Source: Noviherbaspirillum sp. (GTDB taxonomy: Bacteria > Pseudomonadota > Gammaproteobacteria > Burkholderiales > Burkholderiaceae_D). From it: a stretch of DNA of 64,000 nucleotides. A program made the position numbers and the translations under genes. Within the stretch, counting starts at the first letter, position 1, and every line of letters starts with the position of its first letter. The DNA lies in assembly GCA_035254105.1 (NCBI GenBank), contig DATFAZ010000153.1:11511-75510 (forward strand). Direction: 5' to 3'. This document shows positions 20,352-29,998 of the stretch, one piece after another. The notes under the pieces were generated by a model. The model saw only the letters and a list, made by a program, of their open reading frames with translations, searched no databases and was not told where the DNA came from.

Positions 20352-20378
20352 TTGAAATTCTGTTTGTCGCACCTATGT
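20352..20378 (+). promoter_or_regulatory. Putative sigma32 (RpoH) promoter of the hsp20 pair
   Basis: TTGAAA-N13-ACCTATGT versus consensus TTGAAA-N13-14-CCCCATNT. Confidence 0.5.
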
Positions 20379-20441
20379 TGAGGAAGCAAGCCGGGGATTG
20401 CCCCGGCAATACCACGCTGATTCAACTACATGGAGGACAAA

Positions 20442-20885
20442 ATGATGTTTCGATCGATGTTCCCTCAAGATATATTTTCTGAATTTGAACGCCTGCAACG
20501 GGAGTTGCAGCAGGCTGTCGGCACCGAGTCGAGCATTCGCGGCACGGGCCTCAGCGGTTTTCCTGCAGTGAATGTGGGCGGCACACCGCAGACCGTGGAG
20601 TTATATGCGTTTGCCCCGGGGCTGGATCCGGCCAGTATCGATGTCAGCCTGGAGCGCGGCGTCCTGACAATTTCCGGTGAACGAGCAGCCGATCTGCCAA
20701 CGCCGGACGAGAAAACTTCGCTGCATATCAATGAGCGTTTTGCCGGCCGCTTCAGCCGTGTGATCAGTTTGCCGGAAGACGATGTCAATCCGAGTGGCGT
20801 ATCGGCCCAATACCGCGACGGCGTCTTGCACATCAGTGTCAAACGTCGCCAGGCACCGCAACCGCGCCGCATTACCGTGCAGTAA
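20442..20885 (+). CDS. Small heat-shock protein Hsp20
   Basis: FPAVNV, APGLD, VLTISGER, ERFAGRFSRVISLP, AQYRDGVLHI, C-terminal ITV; GGAGG RBS. Confidence 0.92.
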   Translation: MMFRSMFPQDIFSEFERLQRELQQAVGTESSIRGTGLSGFPAVNVGGTPQTVELYAFAPGLDPASIDVSLERGVLTISGERAADLPTPDEKTSLHINERFAGRFSRVISLPEDDVNPSGVSAQYRDGVLHISVKRRQAPQPRRITVQ

Positions 20886-20901
20886 ACGAGGAGGAATAAT
20901 C

Positions 20902-21285
20902 ATGAACGACAACACCAACGTACCGGCGAAAACAGAGCGCCCCGCCCGCCCGGAAGCTGCTTTGATGCCTCCGGTGGACGTGATCGAAGATGCTTCCGGA
21001 ATCACACTGTTTGCCGATTTGCCGGGCGTACCAAAAGACAAGCTCAATCTTCAGCTCGAGGCACAAAGCCTGACGATCGAAGGCGAAGTGGAGCTGACGA
21101 CACCCGAAGGTCTGGAGTCAAGCCACGTCGAGGTACGGCTGCCCCGCTATCGCAGGGTTTTCAACCTGTCCCGCGAACTGGACAGCGAAAAGGCATCGGC
21201 TGAATTCAAGAACGGCGTGCTCAAGCTGCGCATTCCGAAGGCCGAACACGCGCAGCCACGCAAGATCGAAATCAAGGTCGCCTGA
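20902..21285 (+). CDS. Small heat-shock protein Hsp20
   Basis: PPVDVIED, ADLPGV, AEFKNGVLKLRIPK, C-terminal IEI; GAGGAGG RBS. Confidence 0.92.
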   Translation: MNDNTNVPAKTERPARPEAALMPPVDVIEDASGITLFADLPGVPKDKLNLQLEAQSLTIEGEVELTTPEGLESSHVEVRLPRYRRVFNLSRELDSEKASAEFKNGVLKLRIPKAEHAQPRKIEIKVA

Positions 21286-21320
21286 CGTACTTCGGCATCC
21301 TGTCAATCAGTTCTTGAACG

Positions 21321-21364
21321 TGCCGCGCGCATTCCCGCAACACCATATGGAAATGCGCGCGGCA
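21321..21364. repeat. GC-rich stem-loop between hsp20 and ybaL
   Basis: TGCCGCGCGCATT...AATGCGCGCGGCA 13-bp perfect inverted repeat; no U tract. Confidence 0.6.
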
Positions 21365-21469
21365 CTGCAACTCCTGCAGCATCGACATTAAACAGGCATC
21401 AGCCTCCTTGGTTTGCACTTATCATTCATGGTGACATGAACGATATAAGCACAAAGGAATACCCAGTCG

Positions 21470-23173
21470 ATGCCGCATAACATCAGCCTCATCACAACCA
21501 TTGCCGTCGCGTTTGGCCTTGCCCTGCTGTGCGGGATGGTGGCCGTGCGCCTCAAGCTACCAGCCTTGGTTGGTTATCTTGCTGCCGGGATCATCATTGC
21601 GCCAACGACACCGGGGTTTGTTGCCGACATGGGCCTGGCATCCCAGCTGGCTGAGATCGGCGTGATGCTGCTGATGTTCGGCGTCGGCCTGCATTTTTCC
21701 CTGGACGATTTGCTGGAGGTGCGGCGCATTGCACTGCCAGGCGCGATTCTCCAGATTACCGTCGCCACAGCTTTGGGCATGGCGATGGCGCACTTCTGGG
21801 GGTGGAGCATTGGTGCCGGGCTGGTGTTCGGGCTGTCGCTGTCGGTAGCGAGTACGGTAGTGCTGCTGCGCGCGCTGGAAGACCGTGGAATACTCGACTC
21901 GATGAACGGGCGCATCGCGGTCGGCTGGCTGGTAGTGGAAGACCTGGTCACCGTGCTGATGCTGGTACTGTTGCCGCCGCTGTCCGGCTGGCTGGGCGGC
22001 ACCGATGGCAAAGGTGGGGCCAATTTATGGGTAACGCTGGCCTCCACGTTGTTTCAGGTTGCCGCATTCATCGTTCTGATGCTGGTCGTCGGGCGCAAGC
22101 TTTTCCCCTGGCTGCTTTGGCGAGTAGCTCGCACCGGTTCACGCGAATTGTTTACGCTATGCGTGATTGCCGCAGCGGTGGGCATTGCCTATGGCTCCTC
22201 GGAACTGTTCGGCGTGTCCTTTGCGCTCGGCGCATTCTTTGCAGGCATGGTGTTGCGTGAATCCGAACTGAGCCATCGGGCGGCACAGGAATCGCTGCCG
22301 TTGCGCGATGCGTTTTCCGTGCTGTTCTTCGTTTCGGTAGGCATGCTGTTCGACCCGAGCGTGCTGATCCATAGCCCCTTACAGGTACTCGGGGTTGTCG
22401 CAGTCATTATTATCGGAAAATCGCTGGCGGCATTCGTGCTGGTGTTGCTGCTGCGGTATCCGTTGAATACTGCCCTGACGGTATCGGCCAGTTTGGCGCA
22501 GATCGGTGAATTTTCCTTCATCCTCGCCGCACTCGGCCTGTCTCTCGGATTAATGCCACAGGAAGCCCAAAGCCTGATCCTGGCCGGAGCAATCATTTCC
22601 ATCGCACTCAATCCCCTCGTATTCCGGGCCATCGAGCCGCTTCAGGCATGGATACGTGCCAACTCCGCATTGGCACGCAAGCTCGAACGTCCGGGCGACC
22701 CGCTGGCGGAATTGCCGATGACGGTGGACCAGAACAGGCTCACCGGGCAGGTTGTGCTGGTTGGCTATGGCCGGGTTGGACGGCGCATCGCCCAGGCGCT
22801 CGCAGAACGCGGCGTACATTACGTCGTCGCGGAACAGAATCGCGAAAAAGTCGACCAGCTACGCAAGCAAGGGATTGCCGCCGTCGCCGGCAATGCCGCC
22901 GAGCCCGCGGTGCTGATTCAGGCCCATATCGCAAGGGCCGCGATGCTGGTCATCGCCACGCCCGATACCTTTCATGTGCGGCGCATGGTGGAAATTGCCA
23001 ACATGCTTAACCCCGCGATTCGCACCGTCGTACGTACGCATAGCGAACAGGAAGCGATGCTTTTAAAGCAGGAAAAAATCGGCAAGGTCTTCCTGGGTGA
23101 GCAGGAACTGGCGCAAGGCATGAGCCGCCATATTCTTGAGACCCTGGAAAAGGATGAAAACGGCATGGGATAA
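21470..23173 (+). CDS. ybaL: CPA2/Kef-family cation:proton antiporter with TrkA-N domain (YbaL/RosB-like)
   Basis: MPHNISLITTIA start, LAEIGVMLLMFGVGLHFS, WLVVED, AQIGEFSF, VGYGRVG. Confidence 0.88.
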   Translation: MPHNISLITTIAVAFGLALLCGMVAVRLKLPALVGYLAAGIIIAPTTPGFVADMGLASQLAEIGVMLLMFGVGLHFSLDDLLEVRRIALPGAILQITVATALGMAMAHFWGWSIGAGLVFGLSLSVASTVVLLRALEDRGILDSMNGRIAVGWLVVEDLVTVLMLVLLPPLSGWLGGTDGKGGANLWVTLASTLFQVAAFIVLMLVVGRKLFPWLLWRVARTGSRELFTLCVIAAAVGIAYGSSELFGVSFALGAFFAGMVLRESELSHRAAQESLPLRDAFSVLFFVSVGMLFDPSVLIHSPLQVLGVVAVIIIGKSLAAFVLVLLLRYPLNTALTVSASLAQIGEFSFILAALGLSLGLMPQEAQSLILAGAIISIALNPLVFRAIEPLQAWIRANSALARKLERPGDPLAELPMTVDQNRLTGQVVLVGYGRVGRRIAQALAERGVHYVVAEQNREKVDQLRKQGIAAVAGNAAEPAVLIQAHIARAAMLVIATPDTFHVRRMVEIANMLNPAIRTVVRTHSEQEAMLLKQEKIGKVFLGEQELAQGMSRHILETLEKDENGMG

Positions 23174-23230
23174 GACTCGCGGATATGCGCGAAAGCCTCA
23201 GCCTGATTTTGACCTGCCGGTGCGGCAGCC

Positions 23231-23267
23231 AAAATTAAAAAGCGCCGGAAAGGCGCTTTTTAATTTT
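23231..23267. terminator. Bidirectional intrinsic terminator
   Basis: Perfect 16-bp inverted repeat AAAATTAAAAAGCGCC-GGAAA-GGCGCTTTTTAATTTT between convergent genes. Confidence 0.88.
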
Positions 23268-23284
23268 TCATATCTCACAAGCGA

Positions 23285-23803
23285 TCAGGCCGCAAGCGCG
23301 CTTTCAAGCAACTGGTGCAAGGCAGTGAAATCCGGTTCACCCACATAGCGCTTGATGATGCTGCCATCCTTGGCGATCACATATGTGGTTGGCGTGAGCT
23401 GTACGTCTTCAAACGCCTTTGCAATGGTGCCTTGTGTGTCCAGCGCAACCTTGAACGGCAGCTGGCGTGTCTGTGCGTAATTCAGCACATAGTTGGGCGG
23501 GTCGTAGCTCATCGCCACGGCGATGAAATCCAGTCCCTTGTCCTTGTACTTGTTGTAAGTCTCGACCATCTGCGGCATTTCTTTCACGCAGGTAGTGCAG
23601 CTGGTGGCCCAGAAATTCACCATGACGACCTTGCCACGCAGGTTCTGCATCGTCACCTTGTCGCCGGTCAGGCTGGTGAACGTCACATCCGGTGCCGACT
23701 TCTTCGTGGAGAGGGAGAAATATCCGACTGCGGCAATAGCAACGACAATTAATGCCGCGAGAATCTTGATCCAGTTACGGCTGCGCGAATTTTCGGATTG
23801 CAT
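23285..23803 (-). CDS. TlpA-family membrane-anchored thiol:disulfide oxidoreductase
   Basis: N-terminal TM, APDVTF, VNFWATSCTTCVKEMP, TPTTYVI. Confidence 0.88.
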   Translation of the reverse strand: MQSENSRSRNWIKILAALIVVAIAAVGYFSLSTKKSAPDVTFTSLTGDKVTMQNLRGKVVMVNFWATSCTTCVKEMPQMVETYNKYKDKGLDFIAVAMSYDPPNYVLNYAQTRQLPFKVALDTQGTIAKAFEDVQLTPTTYVIAKDGSIIKRYVGEPDFTALHQLLESALAA

Positions 23804-23915
23804 GATGTTATGCGATGAGTGCTATTGGGAGGATTCAAACATTATAGTCATTTGACGCAGCAAGCGCCGGCCCTTGCAGATAAGGCATTACCTGTCATGC
23901 AGCGCTTAGCGAAAA

Positions 23916-24353
23916 TTACGGACGCAGATAGACGAAGCCTTCCCTTGCCTGCAGGCGCGCGACTTCTGCCACACCGGATGGCACAAGGCTAACATCCGGG
24001 ATTACCTTTGAGACCGGTACGTCATGCGCAGTCAGCGTGTTCTTGCAAAGACGAAATTCCACACCCTGCGCTGCCAATGCGCTGACTGCCGGCTCGAAAG
24101 GTTTGCCATTGCGCTCCGTTGCACCAGACAGCAGGAACCGGATGCCCTCGCCGTTGGCAACGACCACGATCTTCGTATCCGGTTCGGCGCGCAAATGATT
24201 GCGAATGTTGGCCATTGCGCGCGAGGCCTGGTCGATGCCGTCAGCAAGGTGATAGACCACTTTGACCGGCTCTGCGGCAGATACGCCTGTGCTCAGCGCG
24301 AGAGTTGCCGCCGCCACTGCAGCGAACAGGAATTTGAATACACTCCGTTGCAT
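23916..24353 (-). CDS. Secreted DsrE-family protein
   Basis: Signal peptide, VKVVYHL, NIRNHL, GVEFRLCKNTL, VPSGVAEVARLQAREGFVYLRP. Confidence 0.8.
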   Translation of the reverse strand: MQRSVFKFLFAAVAAATLALSTGVSAAEPVKVVYHLADGIDQASRAMANIRNHLRAEPDTKIVVVANGEGIRFLLSGATERNGKPFEPAVSALAAQGVEFRLCKNTLTAHDVPVSKVIPDVSLVPSGVAEVARLQAREGFVYLRP

Positions 24354-24371
24354 GGTTTTTCCTATGGTGAT

Positions 24372-26282
24372 TTACCAGTGATATGTTGTATAGGTATCCG
24401 CCACCGTCGGTGGAATCGGTGCTTCCAGAGCGGCACAGATTGCACGCAGCAGGTCGGCAACGGCAACCGGCATCGGGCTGGCATCGCCGGCTGCTGCCAG
24501 CAGCGCCTTGATCAGCGCCGGCTTGGCCAGCGGCGCAAGCTGATGCGTCCTGTCCAGTGCCGCGTTGACCCGAGGGTAATCGATTGCCACGGCAGCCATC
24601 AGACTTGCGGAAGACAGCTCAAGTTCCGGGCAGCGTGCAGCTCCCCTCGCAAACAGGTCTGCCGGTGCCGCCAGAGCTGCTGATGCCGCCACATGCGCCA
24701 CCAGGGATAGCAGTACGGCGCAGTCATCCTTCAAAGTGGACAGTTCGCTGTAGCGCACCGGCGTTGCGCGTCCCGCATGCATGGCGAGGCGACGCGCGAG
24801 AACGGTCTGCAGCACGAATTCGGCGAGCGTGAAACGGTTGTCGGCGGCAATCAGCTTGCCTGCGATTGCCAGCAGTTTTTCCCGCTCCGGTTCGGATAAT
24901 CGCTTGAGCGCAGGCATCGCCAGATCCAGCAGGGGAAGCCGGGCGCTTTTCGGTAGTTTTTCAATGGCAGCAGCGAGGAAAGGTACGAGCGCGGCCTCTT
25001 GTCCTGCTGCGCTTTTCAATATGGCGAGTTGTGCGTCGCGTTCTGCTGCGGTATCGAGAAGCAGCGCATACACCACTGCGCAAGCTGCCTGGGGTTCGCG
25101 TACGGCACTATCAAGTTCCGCTGCAAGAGCCGTGCTCGGCGGGTTGGCGGCTGCGATCCAGTGCGCTGGCTGCGCATCATTTACCAATCCCGATACGGCA
25201 TACGGAATGTCAGGCAACGCTTCTTCCTGAACCGGAGCAAGCGTCAATTCCGGCGCATCCAGGTCATCGACCGCTCTGCCGTAGATGCGGCGCAGGCGTT
25301 CCTTCATGGGCGGGTGCGTGGCCAGCAGGCCGCCTATCAGGCTCGCCCGTGGCGCGCCGAGGAAAAGATGGGAAAGCTGCTCTGCGTTCGGATGCTGGAT
25401 GCGTGAGCCGAGCTGCATGGTGCGCGACAGGCCGCCGATTTTTCGCAGCGCACCGCCAATACCATCAGGATTGCGCGTGAATTGCACAGCGCTGGCATCG
25501 GCCAGGAACTCGCGCTGGCGCGAAACGGCTGCCTTGATCAGACGGCCGAAAAAAATGCCGATATAACCGATCACGAGCAGCGCAACACCGGTTGCCAGCA
25601 AGACCAGCCGAAGCGATGGCCCCTTGTCATTGCGGTCGCGCGCGCCCCAGCTATGGGTGCCAAAGTCGATCAGGTGCTGTCCGAATCCGGCGATCATCTG
25701 GATGCCGAACAAGAGCCCGATCAGGCGAACGTTCAGGCGCATGTCACCATTGAGAATATGGCTGAATTCATGGGCGACCACGCCCTGGAGCTCGTCGCGC
25801 GTCAGGCGCTTTAGCGTTCCGCGCGTCACCGCCACAACCGCCTCGTCCTGGTTATAACCTGCAGCGAACGCATTGATCGCATCCTCCTGCTCCAGCAAGT
25901 AGACACGGGGACAGGCAATGCCGGACGCGAGCGCCATCTCTTCCACCACGTTCAGCAATCGGCGCTCATGCAGGTCGGTACTCGAGGGGGGCACCAAACG
26001 TCCGCCCGCCATTTTCGCAACAGCATCGCCGCCGTCACGCAGATTGAACATTTCGATCAGCGTGCCGACCGCGATCAATGCGAGCGTGATCAGGGTATTG
26101 GTCGCGAAAAATCCTTTCGGATACGCGCGCATACCGGCAACGTAACCGCTTTGCGTCCAGCTCCAGATCAGCGCCAATGCGAGATTGACGGCCACAAGGA
26201 TCGCAATGACGGCAAGCGCGAACAGAACCACCAGCATCCGGGTCTGGCGGCGGGCATGGTCTTGTTGCTCGAAGAAATTCAT
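24372..26282 (-). CDS. M48-family zinc metalloprotease (HtpX-like) with C-terminal extension
   Basis: MNFFEQQ, NVVEEMALASG, INAFAAG, HEFSH, SRQREFLADA, THPP. Confidence 0.88.
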   Translation of the reverse strand: MNFFEQQDHARRQTRMLVVLFALAVIAILVAVNLALALIWSWTQSGYVAGMRAYPKGFFATNTLITLALIAVGTLIEMFNLRDGGDAVAKMAGGRLVPPSSTDLHERRLLNVVEEMALASGIACPRVYLLEQEDAINAFAAGYNQDEAVVAVTRGTLKRLTRDELQGVVAHEFSHILNGDMRLNVRLIGLLFGIQMIAGFGQHLIDFGTHSWGARDRNDKGPSLRLVLLATGVALLVIGYIGIFFGRLIKAAVSRQREFLADASAVQFTRNPDGIGGALRKIGGLSRTMQLGSRIQHPNAEQLSHLFLGAPRASLIGGLLATHPPMKERLRRIYGRAVDDLDAPELTLAPVQEEALPDIPYAVSGLVNDAQPAHWIAAANPPSTALAAELDSAVREPQAACAVVYALLLDTAAERDAQLAILKSAAGQEAALVPFLAAAIEKLPKSARLPLLDLAMPALKRLSEPEREKLLAIAGKLIAADNRFTLAEFVLQTVLARRLAMHAGRATPVRYSELSTLKDDCAVLLSLVAHVAASAALAAPADLFARGAARCPELELSSASLMAAVAIDYPRVNAALDRTHQLAPLAKPALIKALLAAAGDASPMPVAVADLLRAICAALEAPIPPTVADTYTTYHW

Positions 26283-26354
26283 CGGCAGCCGTCTGCTTCC
26301 GTTTCGTCAGGGGAATGCGACGGACAGGGATACGAAGTCGCTGCGCACATCCGT

Positions 26355-26945
26355 TCAGAACACGACTTTTACCGGTTTGCGCTCTTCCGGCGCTTCAGTC
26401 GATTGCAGCAGCTCCGCCGGCCTGAATGCGAACATGCCGGCGATGATCGAGCCTGGGAACTGCTCGCGCGAGGTGTTGTATTGCATGACGCCGTCGTTGT
26501 ATCCCTGGCGCGCAAACGCGATGCGGTTTTCGGTGCTGGTCAATTCTTCGGTGAGCTGCATCATGTTCTGGTTAGCCTTCAGCTCGGGATAGGCTTCGGA
26601 CAGCGCGAACATTTTGCCGAGCGAGGAAGTCAGCATGCCTTCGGCGGCAGCCATCTGTTGCATTGCGCGCGTATCGCCCGGATCGCCGGCCGCTTTCGCA
26701 TTTGCCGTTACCGCCTGATTGCGGGCAGCGATCACCGCTTCCAGCGCTTCACGCTCATGCTTCATGTATCCCTTGGCAGTTTCCACCAGATTCGGAATCA
26801 GGTCGTAACGGCGCTTCAATTGCACATCGATCTGCGCAAAGGAATTCTTGTACTGGTTCTGCAGGCTTACCAACCGATTGTAAGCACCTACTCCCCAGAA
26901 CAGAACCAGCAGCGCGAGCACCAGCAGAATAATGAGTCCGGTCAT
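26355..26945 (-). CDS. lemA: LemA family protein
   Basis: YNRLV, QIDVQLKRRYDLIPNLVET, EAYPELKAN, ENRIAFARQGYN. Confidence 0.92.
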   Translation of the reverse strand: MTGLIILLVLALLVLFWGVGAYNRLVSLQNQYKNSFAQIDVQLKRRYDLIPNLVETAKGYMKHEREALEAVIAARNQAVTANAKAAGDPGDTRAMQQMAAAEGMLTSSLGKMFALSEAYPELKANQNMMQLTEELTSTENRIAFARQGYNDGVMQYNTSREQFPGSIIAGMFAFRPAELLQSTEAPEERKPVKVVF

Positions 26946-26963
26946 GGTTCTTTCCTCTCAAAG

Positions 26964-26995
26964 AAAAAGGCCGCGAATCGAATGATTAGCGGCCT
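26964..26995 (-). terminator. Probable intrinsic terminator after the BON gene
   Basis: AGGCCGC...GCGGCCT stem followed by a T tract on the minus strand. Confidence 0.5.
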
Positions 26996-27030
26996 AATAT
27001 AGCATTCCGAAAGGAAAAATCAGTACAACA

Positions 27031-27672
27031 TCACTTCTTGTTCTGCTCTTCCGGCGTTCTCGTAAGGCGGGTGAACTCTTCTTCCGAGATATATTCGAAA
27101 ACCTTCACAACCTTGTGCACACCGCTGACAGTGCTCGCGATTTGAGCAGCAAGATTGCCTTCGCGCTGGGTGACGCGCCCCATCAGATACACCACGCCGC
27201 GTTCCGTCACGACCTTGATTGAATTTGCATACAAATCCTTGGCGTCGACAAAGGAGGCCTTGACCTTGCCCGTGATCAGGGAGTCATTGGAGCGCGAGGT
27301 AAAACTGGATACGCCCATCACTTCCAGCTCATTGATCACCGACAGCACGCCCTCGATCGCGTTGACTTCACGCTCAACCGCGCCTTTCATCGCTTCATCG
27401 CGCACTTCCCCGGTCAGAAGTACCCTGCGGTTGAAACTGTTGACGTTGACATGACCTGCGCTGCCGACCAGATTGGACACACGGGTTTCACCCTTGAAGA
27501 CAATCGTCTTGTCTTCCGTCTGTGCGCCGAAGGTGCGGCGATCGGAGGCGGCAAGCGTCCCCATTACGGCAGTACCGACCGCCATTTCAACGCATCCCTG
27601 CAAGCTGGCAAGCACGGCGCCGCACAGGGCGACAGCGGCCAAAGGACGTGTTACGCGCGTCCATTTACTCAT
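27031..27672 (-). CDS. Dual-BON domain lipoprotein (DolP/YraP-like)
   Basis: Lipobox [46 protein letters not shown]. Confidence 0.88.
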   Translation of the reverse strand: MSKWTRVTRPLAAVALCGAVLASLQGCVEMAVGTAVMGTLAASDRRTFGAQTEDKTIVFKGETRVSNLVGSAGHVNVNSFNRRVLLTGEVRDEAMKGAVEREVNAIEGVLSVINELEVMGVSSFTSRSNDSLITGKVKASFVDAKDLYANSIKVVTERGVVYLMGRVTQREGNLAAQIASTVSGVHKVVKVFEYISEEEFTRLTRTPEEQNKK

Positions 27673-28261
27673 TAACATCTCCTCCAAATAGCGCGACATC
27701 GATACCGTCGCATAAACAATGAATGGTCAACAAATGCACTTCCTGAATACGGGCAGTGCGGTCGTGCGGTACGCAAATATGCACGTCGGCATCGGTGAGC
27801 TGCTTGCCGATCGCCCCGCCGCCCTTGCCTGTCAGCGCGACGACACGCATGTCGCGCTCCAGCGCTGCGTCCACCGCCGCAAGCACATTGGATGAATTAC
27901 CGGACGTAGAAAGCGCCAGCAAGACGTCCCCGGCTTGTCCGAATGCCTGCACCTGCTTGCTGAAAATATCCTGGAAGCTGTAATCGTTACCGACTGCAGT
28001 CAGGATCGAGGTATCGGTGGTCAGTGCCAGTGCCGGCAATGGCAGGCGCTCGCGCTCGAAGCGACCGACCAGTTCCGCTGCAAAGTGCTGGCAATCCGCC
28101 GCCGACCCGCCATTTCCGCAGGCAAGTATTTTGTTTCCATTAGATAAAGCCGTGAACATTAATTCCACGGCTTCGGCAATGGGCTGGGCAAGCAAGGCCG
28201 CGGCTTTGAGTTTGAGATCGGCACTTTCCTGGAAATGTGCCTGGATGCGTTGATGATTCAT
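27665..28261 (-). CDS. gmhA: Phosphoheptose isomerase / DiaA-like SIS protein
   Basis: [33 protein letters not shown]; ATG 28261. Confidence 0.88.
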   Translation of the reverse strand: MNHQRIQAHFQESADLKLKAAALLAQPIAEAVELMFTALSNGNKILACGNGGSAADCQHFAAELVGRFERERLPLPALALTTDTSILTAVGNDYSFQDIFSKQVQAFGQAGDVLLALSTSGNSSNVLAAVDAALERDMRVVALTGKGGGAIGKQLTDADVHICVPHDRTARIQEVHLLTIHCLCDGIDVALFGGDVNE

Positions 28262-28397
28262 AGTGTCCGAGATTATAGTGCAGTGCAGTACGCCGAGCTC
28301 CATTCCAGCCGAAAACCTTGCGCCGATGAAACTGTGACAAGATGCCTTGCTGAAAGTTTCATTGCAGAAGATAAAGCCGCGCAAAATGCAAGTCCCG

Positions 28398-28772
28398 TCA
28401 GCCCTCAATGGCGTTTTTCAGCCAGTTCAGTGCACCGGCATCAATGGCAACTACATCGAAGCGGCATGCCGGAGGCGTGCGATAACGCTGCAGGAAAGTT
28501 TGGGCGGCAATCGACAGGCGCGCCTGCTTGCGAGCCGTAACACTGGCTGCGGCGCCACCATAGCGAAAGTCTGCGCGCTTTCTGACTTCCACAAAGACCA
28601 GGCTGTCGCGATCTTGCATGATGAGATCGATTTCACCGCCCTTGCAACGGAAATTGCGTTCAACCAGGGTCAATCCCTGTTTCTGCAAATATTCCAGAGC
28701 ACGGCTCTCACCGGCGTCGCCTTCAATCTGCCGGGCAGTGCGCGAACGACCGAAGGCATCAAGCAGGCCCAT
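28398..28772 (-). CDS. yraN: YraN family protein (UPF0102)
   Basis: [26 protein letters not shown]. Confidence 0.92.
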   Translation of the reverse strand: MGLLDAFGRSRTARQIEGDAGESRALEYLQKQGLTLVERNFRCKGGEIDLIMQDRDSLVFVEVRKRADFRYGGAAASVTARKQARLSIAAQTFLQRYRTPPACRFDVVAIDAGALNWLKNAIEG

Positions 28773-29989
28773 TACCGGGCTTCACCAACCGGTACCACGC
28801 TGCCGTCCCGATAAATAGCCTGCTGCACCGTACGTTCAAAATGCGTTTGTTTCTGATCGAAGCGCACGGTCAGCTTGCCGGTTACACCATCCAATTCGAA
28901 GCCGGTACGCCCCAGCGCGAGCTCGCGTGCAACGCGATAGGCATCGATTCCCAGCGCATACAAGCGCTCCATATCGGCACTGCGCTTTTGATCGGCTTCC
29001 GCAACCGGACGCGGATAAGCCATGACTGCGGGATGGTCCGCTTGCAATTGCCATGGAATATCGAGCAGGCGCGTGCCATCCATATCGCCTGTGCGGTCGG
29101 CATCCTGCCAGTCAGACAGGGCAACAGGATTGAGTTGCGAGGTGCCGTACAACACCGCGTCCTTGCCTACGATAGCGCGCACTTGCCGCGCCTGCCGTGC
29201 ATCCAGCGCGAGAAAAAGCACAACCGGCGTATCTGATTGAATCTGCTTCTGCAATTGCATCAGCGCTCGCCCATTCAGGAAACCGTCGTTAGCCACCAGC
29301 TCGACCAGCTCGACTTCACGTCCAAGATGCTGCCATTGCATTTCAAAGGCCTTGGCTGCGCGGCGCTGCCACGCACTTTTTGTAAAAAGCACGACCGCCT
29401 TCTTTGATGCCTTGTCTTTGCCGGCCCAATCGGCCGCCTGACGCGCCTCGTCTTCAATCGACAAGCCCATGATCAGCAACTGCGGTGGCAGCTTGTGCGG
29501 CACGGGTGCCGGCGTTGCCTCTCCCGGCGTGCCGGCATCTGGCTGCGTCAGCGCAATGGTGGGCCGGTCCACCATGCCATCCTGAATGAGCGCGGTAACA
29601 CCGGTACGCGACAACGGACCGACGACGATGTCGTTCTGCGCGGCGGCATTCTTGTAGCCGGCCAAGGTATCCTGCGGGACGTCACTGGTTTCTATGATGT
29701 TAACCGTCACCCCGTCCTTTTCGCGCTCATGAGCAGCAAGGAAGCCGTCACGCACAGATTCAGCTGCCCCGCGCAAGATCTCCGACTGCAAAGGCAATAC
29801 CAGTCCGACACGCACCAGGCGCTCGGTCGTGGAAAGATCGACTGCGAAAGGAACGGCAACCGGAGCCTGCGCCGCACCTGACGTCGGGGCAGGAATCTCG
29901 GGCGCGGTTGTATTTGCCTGCACGGGCAGGCACAATCCTCCCAACACGCCGCCGAGTGCCACCATTTTCCTGCATAACCCCAACATCAT
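28772..29989 (-). CDS. lpoA: Penicillin-binding protein activator LpoA/LppC-like (short form)
   Basis: VGLVLPL, VRDGFLAA, VVGPL, RLYALGIDAY, GVTGKL; yraM position between rsmI and yraN; GAGGAG RBS. Confidence 0.75.
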   Translation of the reverse strand: MMLGLCRKMVALGGVLGGLCLPVQANTTAPEIPAPTSGAAQAPVAVPFAVDLSTTERLVRVGLVLPLQSEILRGAAESVRDGFLAAHEREKDGVTVNIIETSDVPQDTLAGYKNAAAQNDIVVGPLSRTGVTALIQDGMVDRPTIALTQPDAGTPGEATPAPVPHKLPPQLLIMGLSIEDEARQAADWAGKDKASKKAVVLFTKSAWQRRAAKAFEMQWQHLGREVELVELVANDGFLNGRALMQLQKQIQSDTPVVLFLALDARQARQVRAIVGKDAVLYGTSQLNPVALSDWQDADRTGDMDGTRLLDIPWQLQADHPAVMAYPRPVAEADQKRSADMERLYALGIDAYRVARELALGRTGFELDGVTGKLTVRFDQKQTHFERTVQQAIYRDGSVVPVGEAR

Positions 29990-29998
29990 TGTCTCCTC

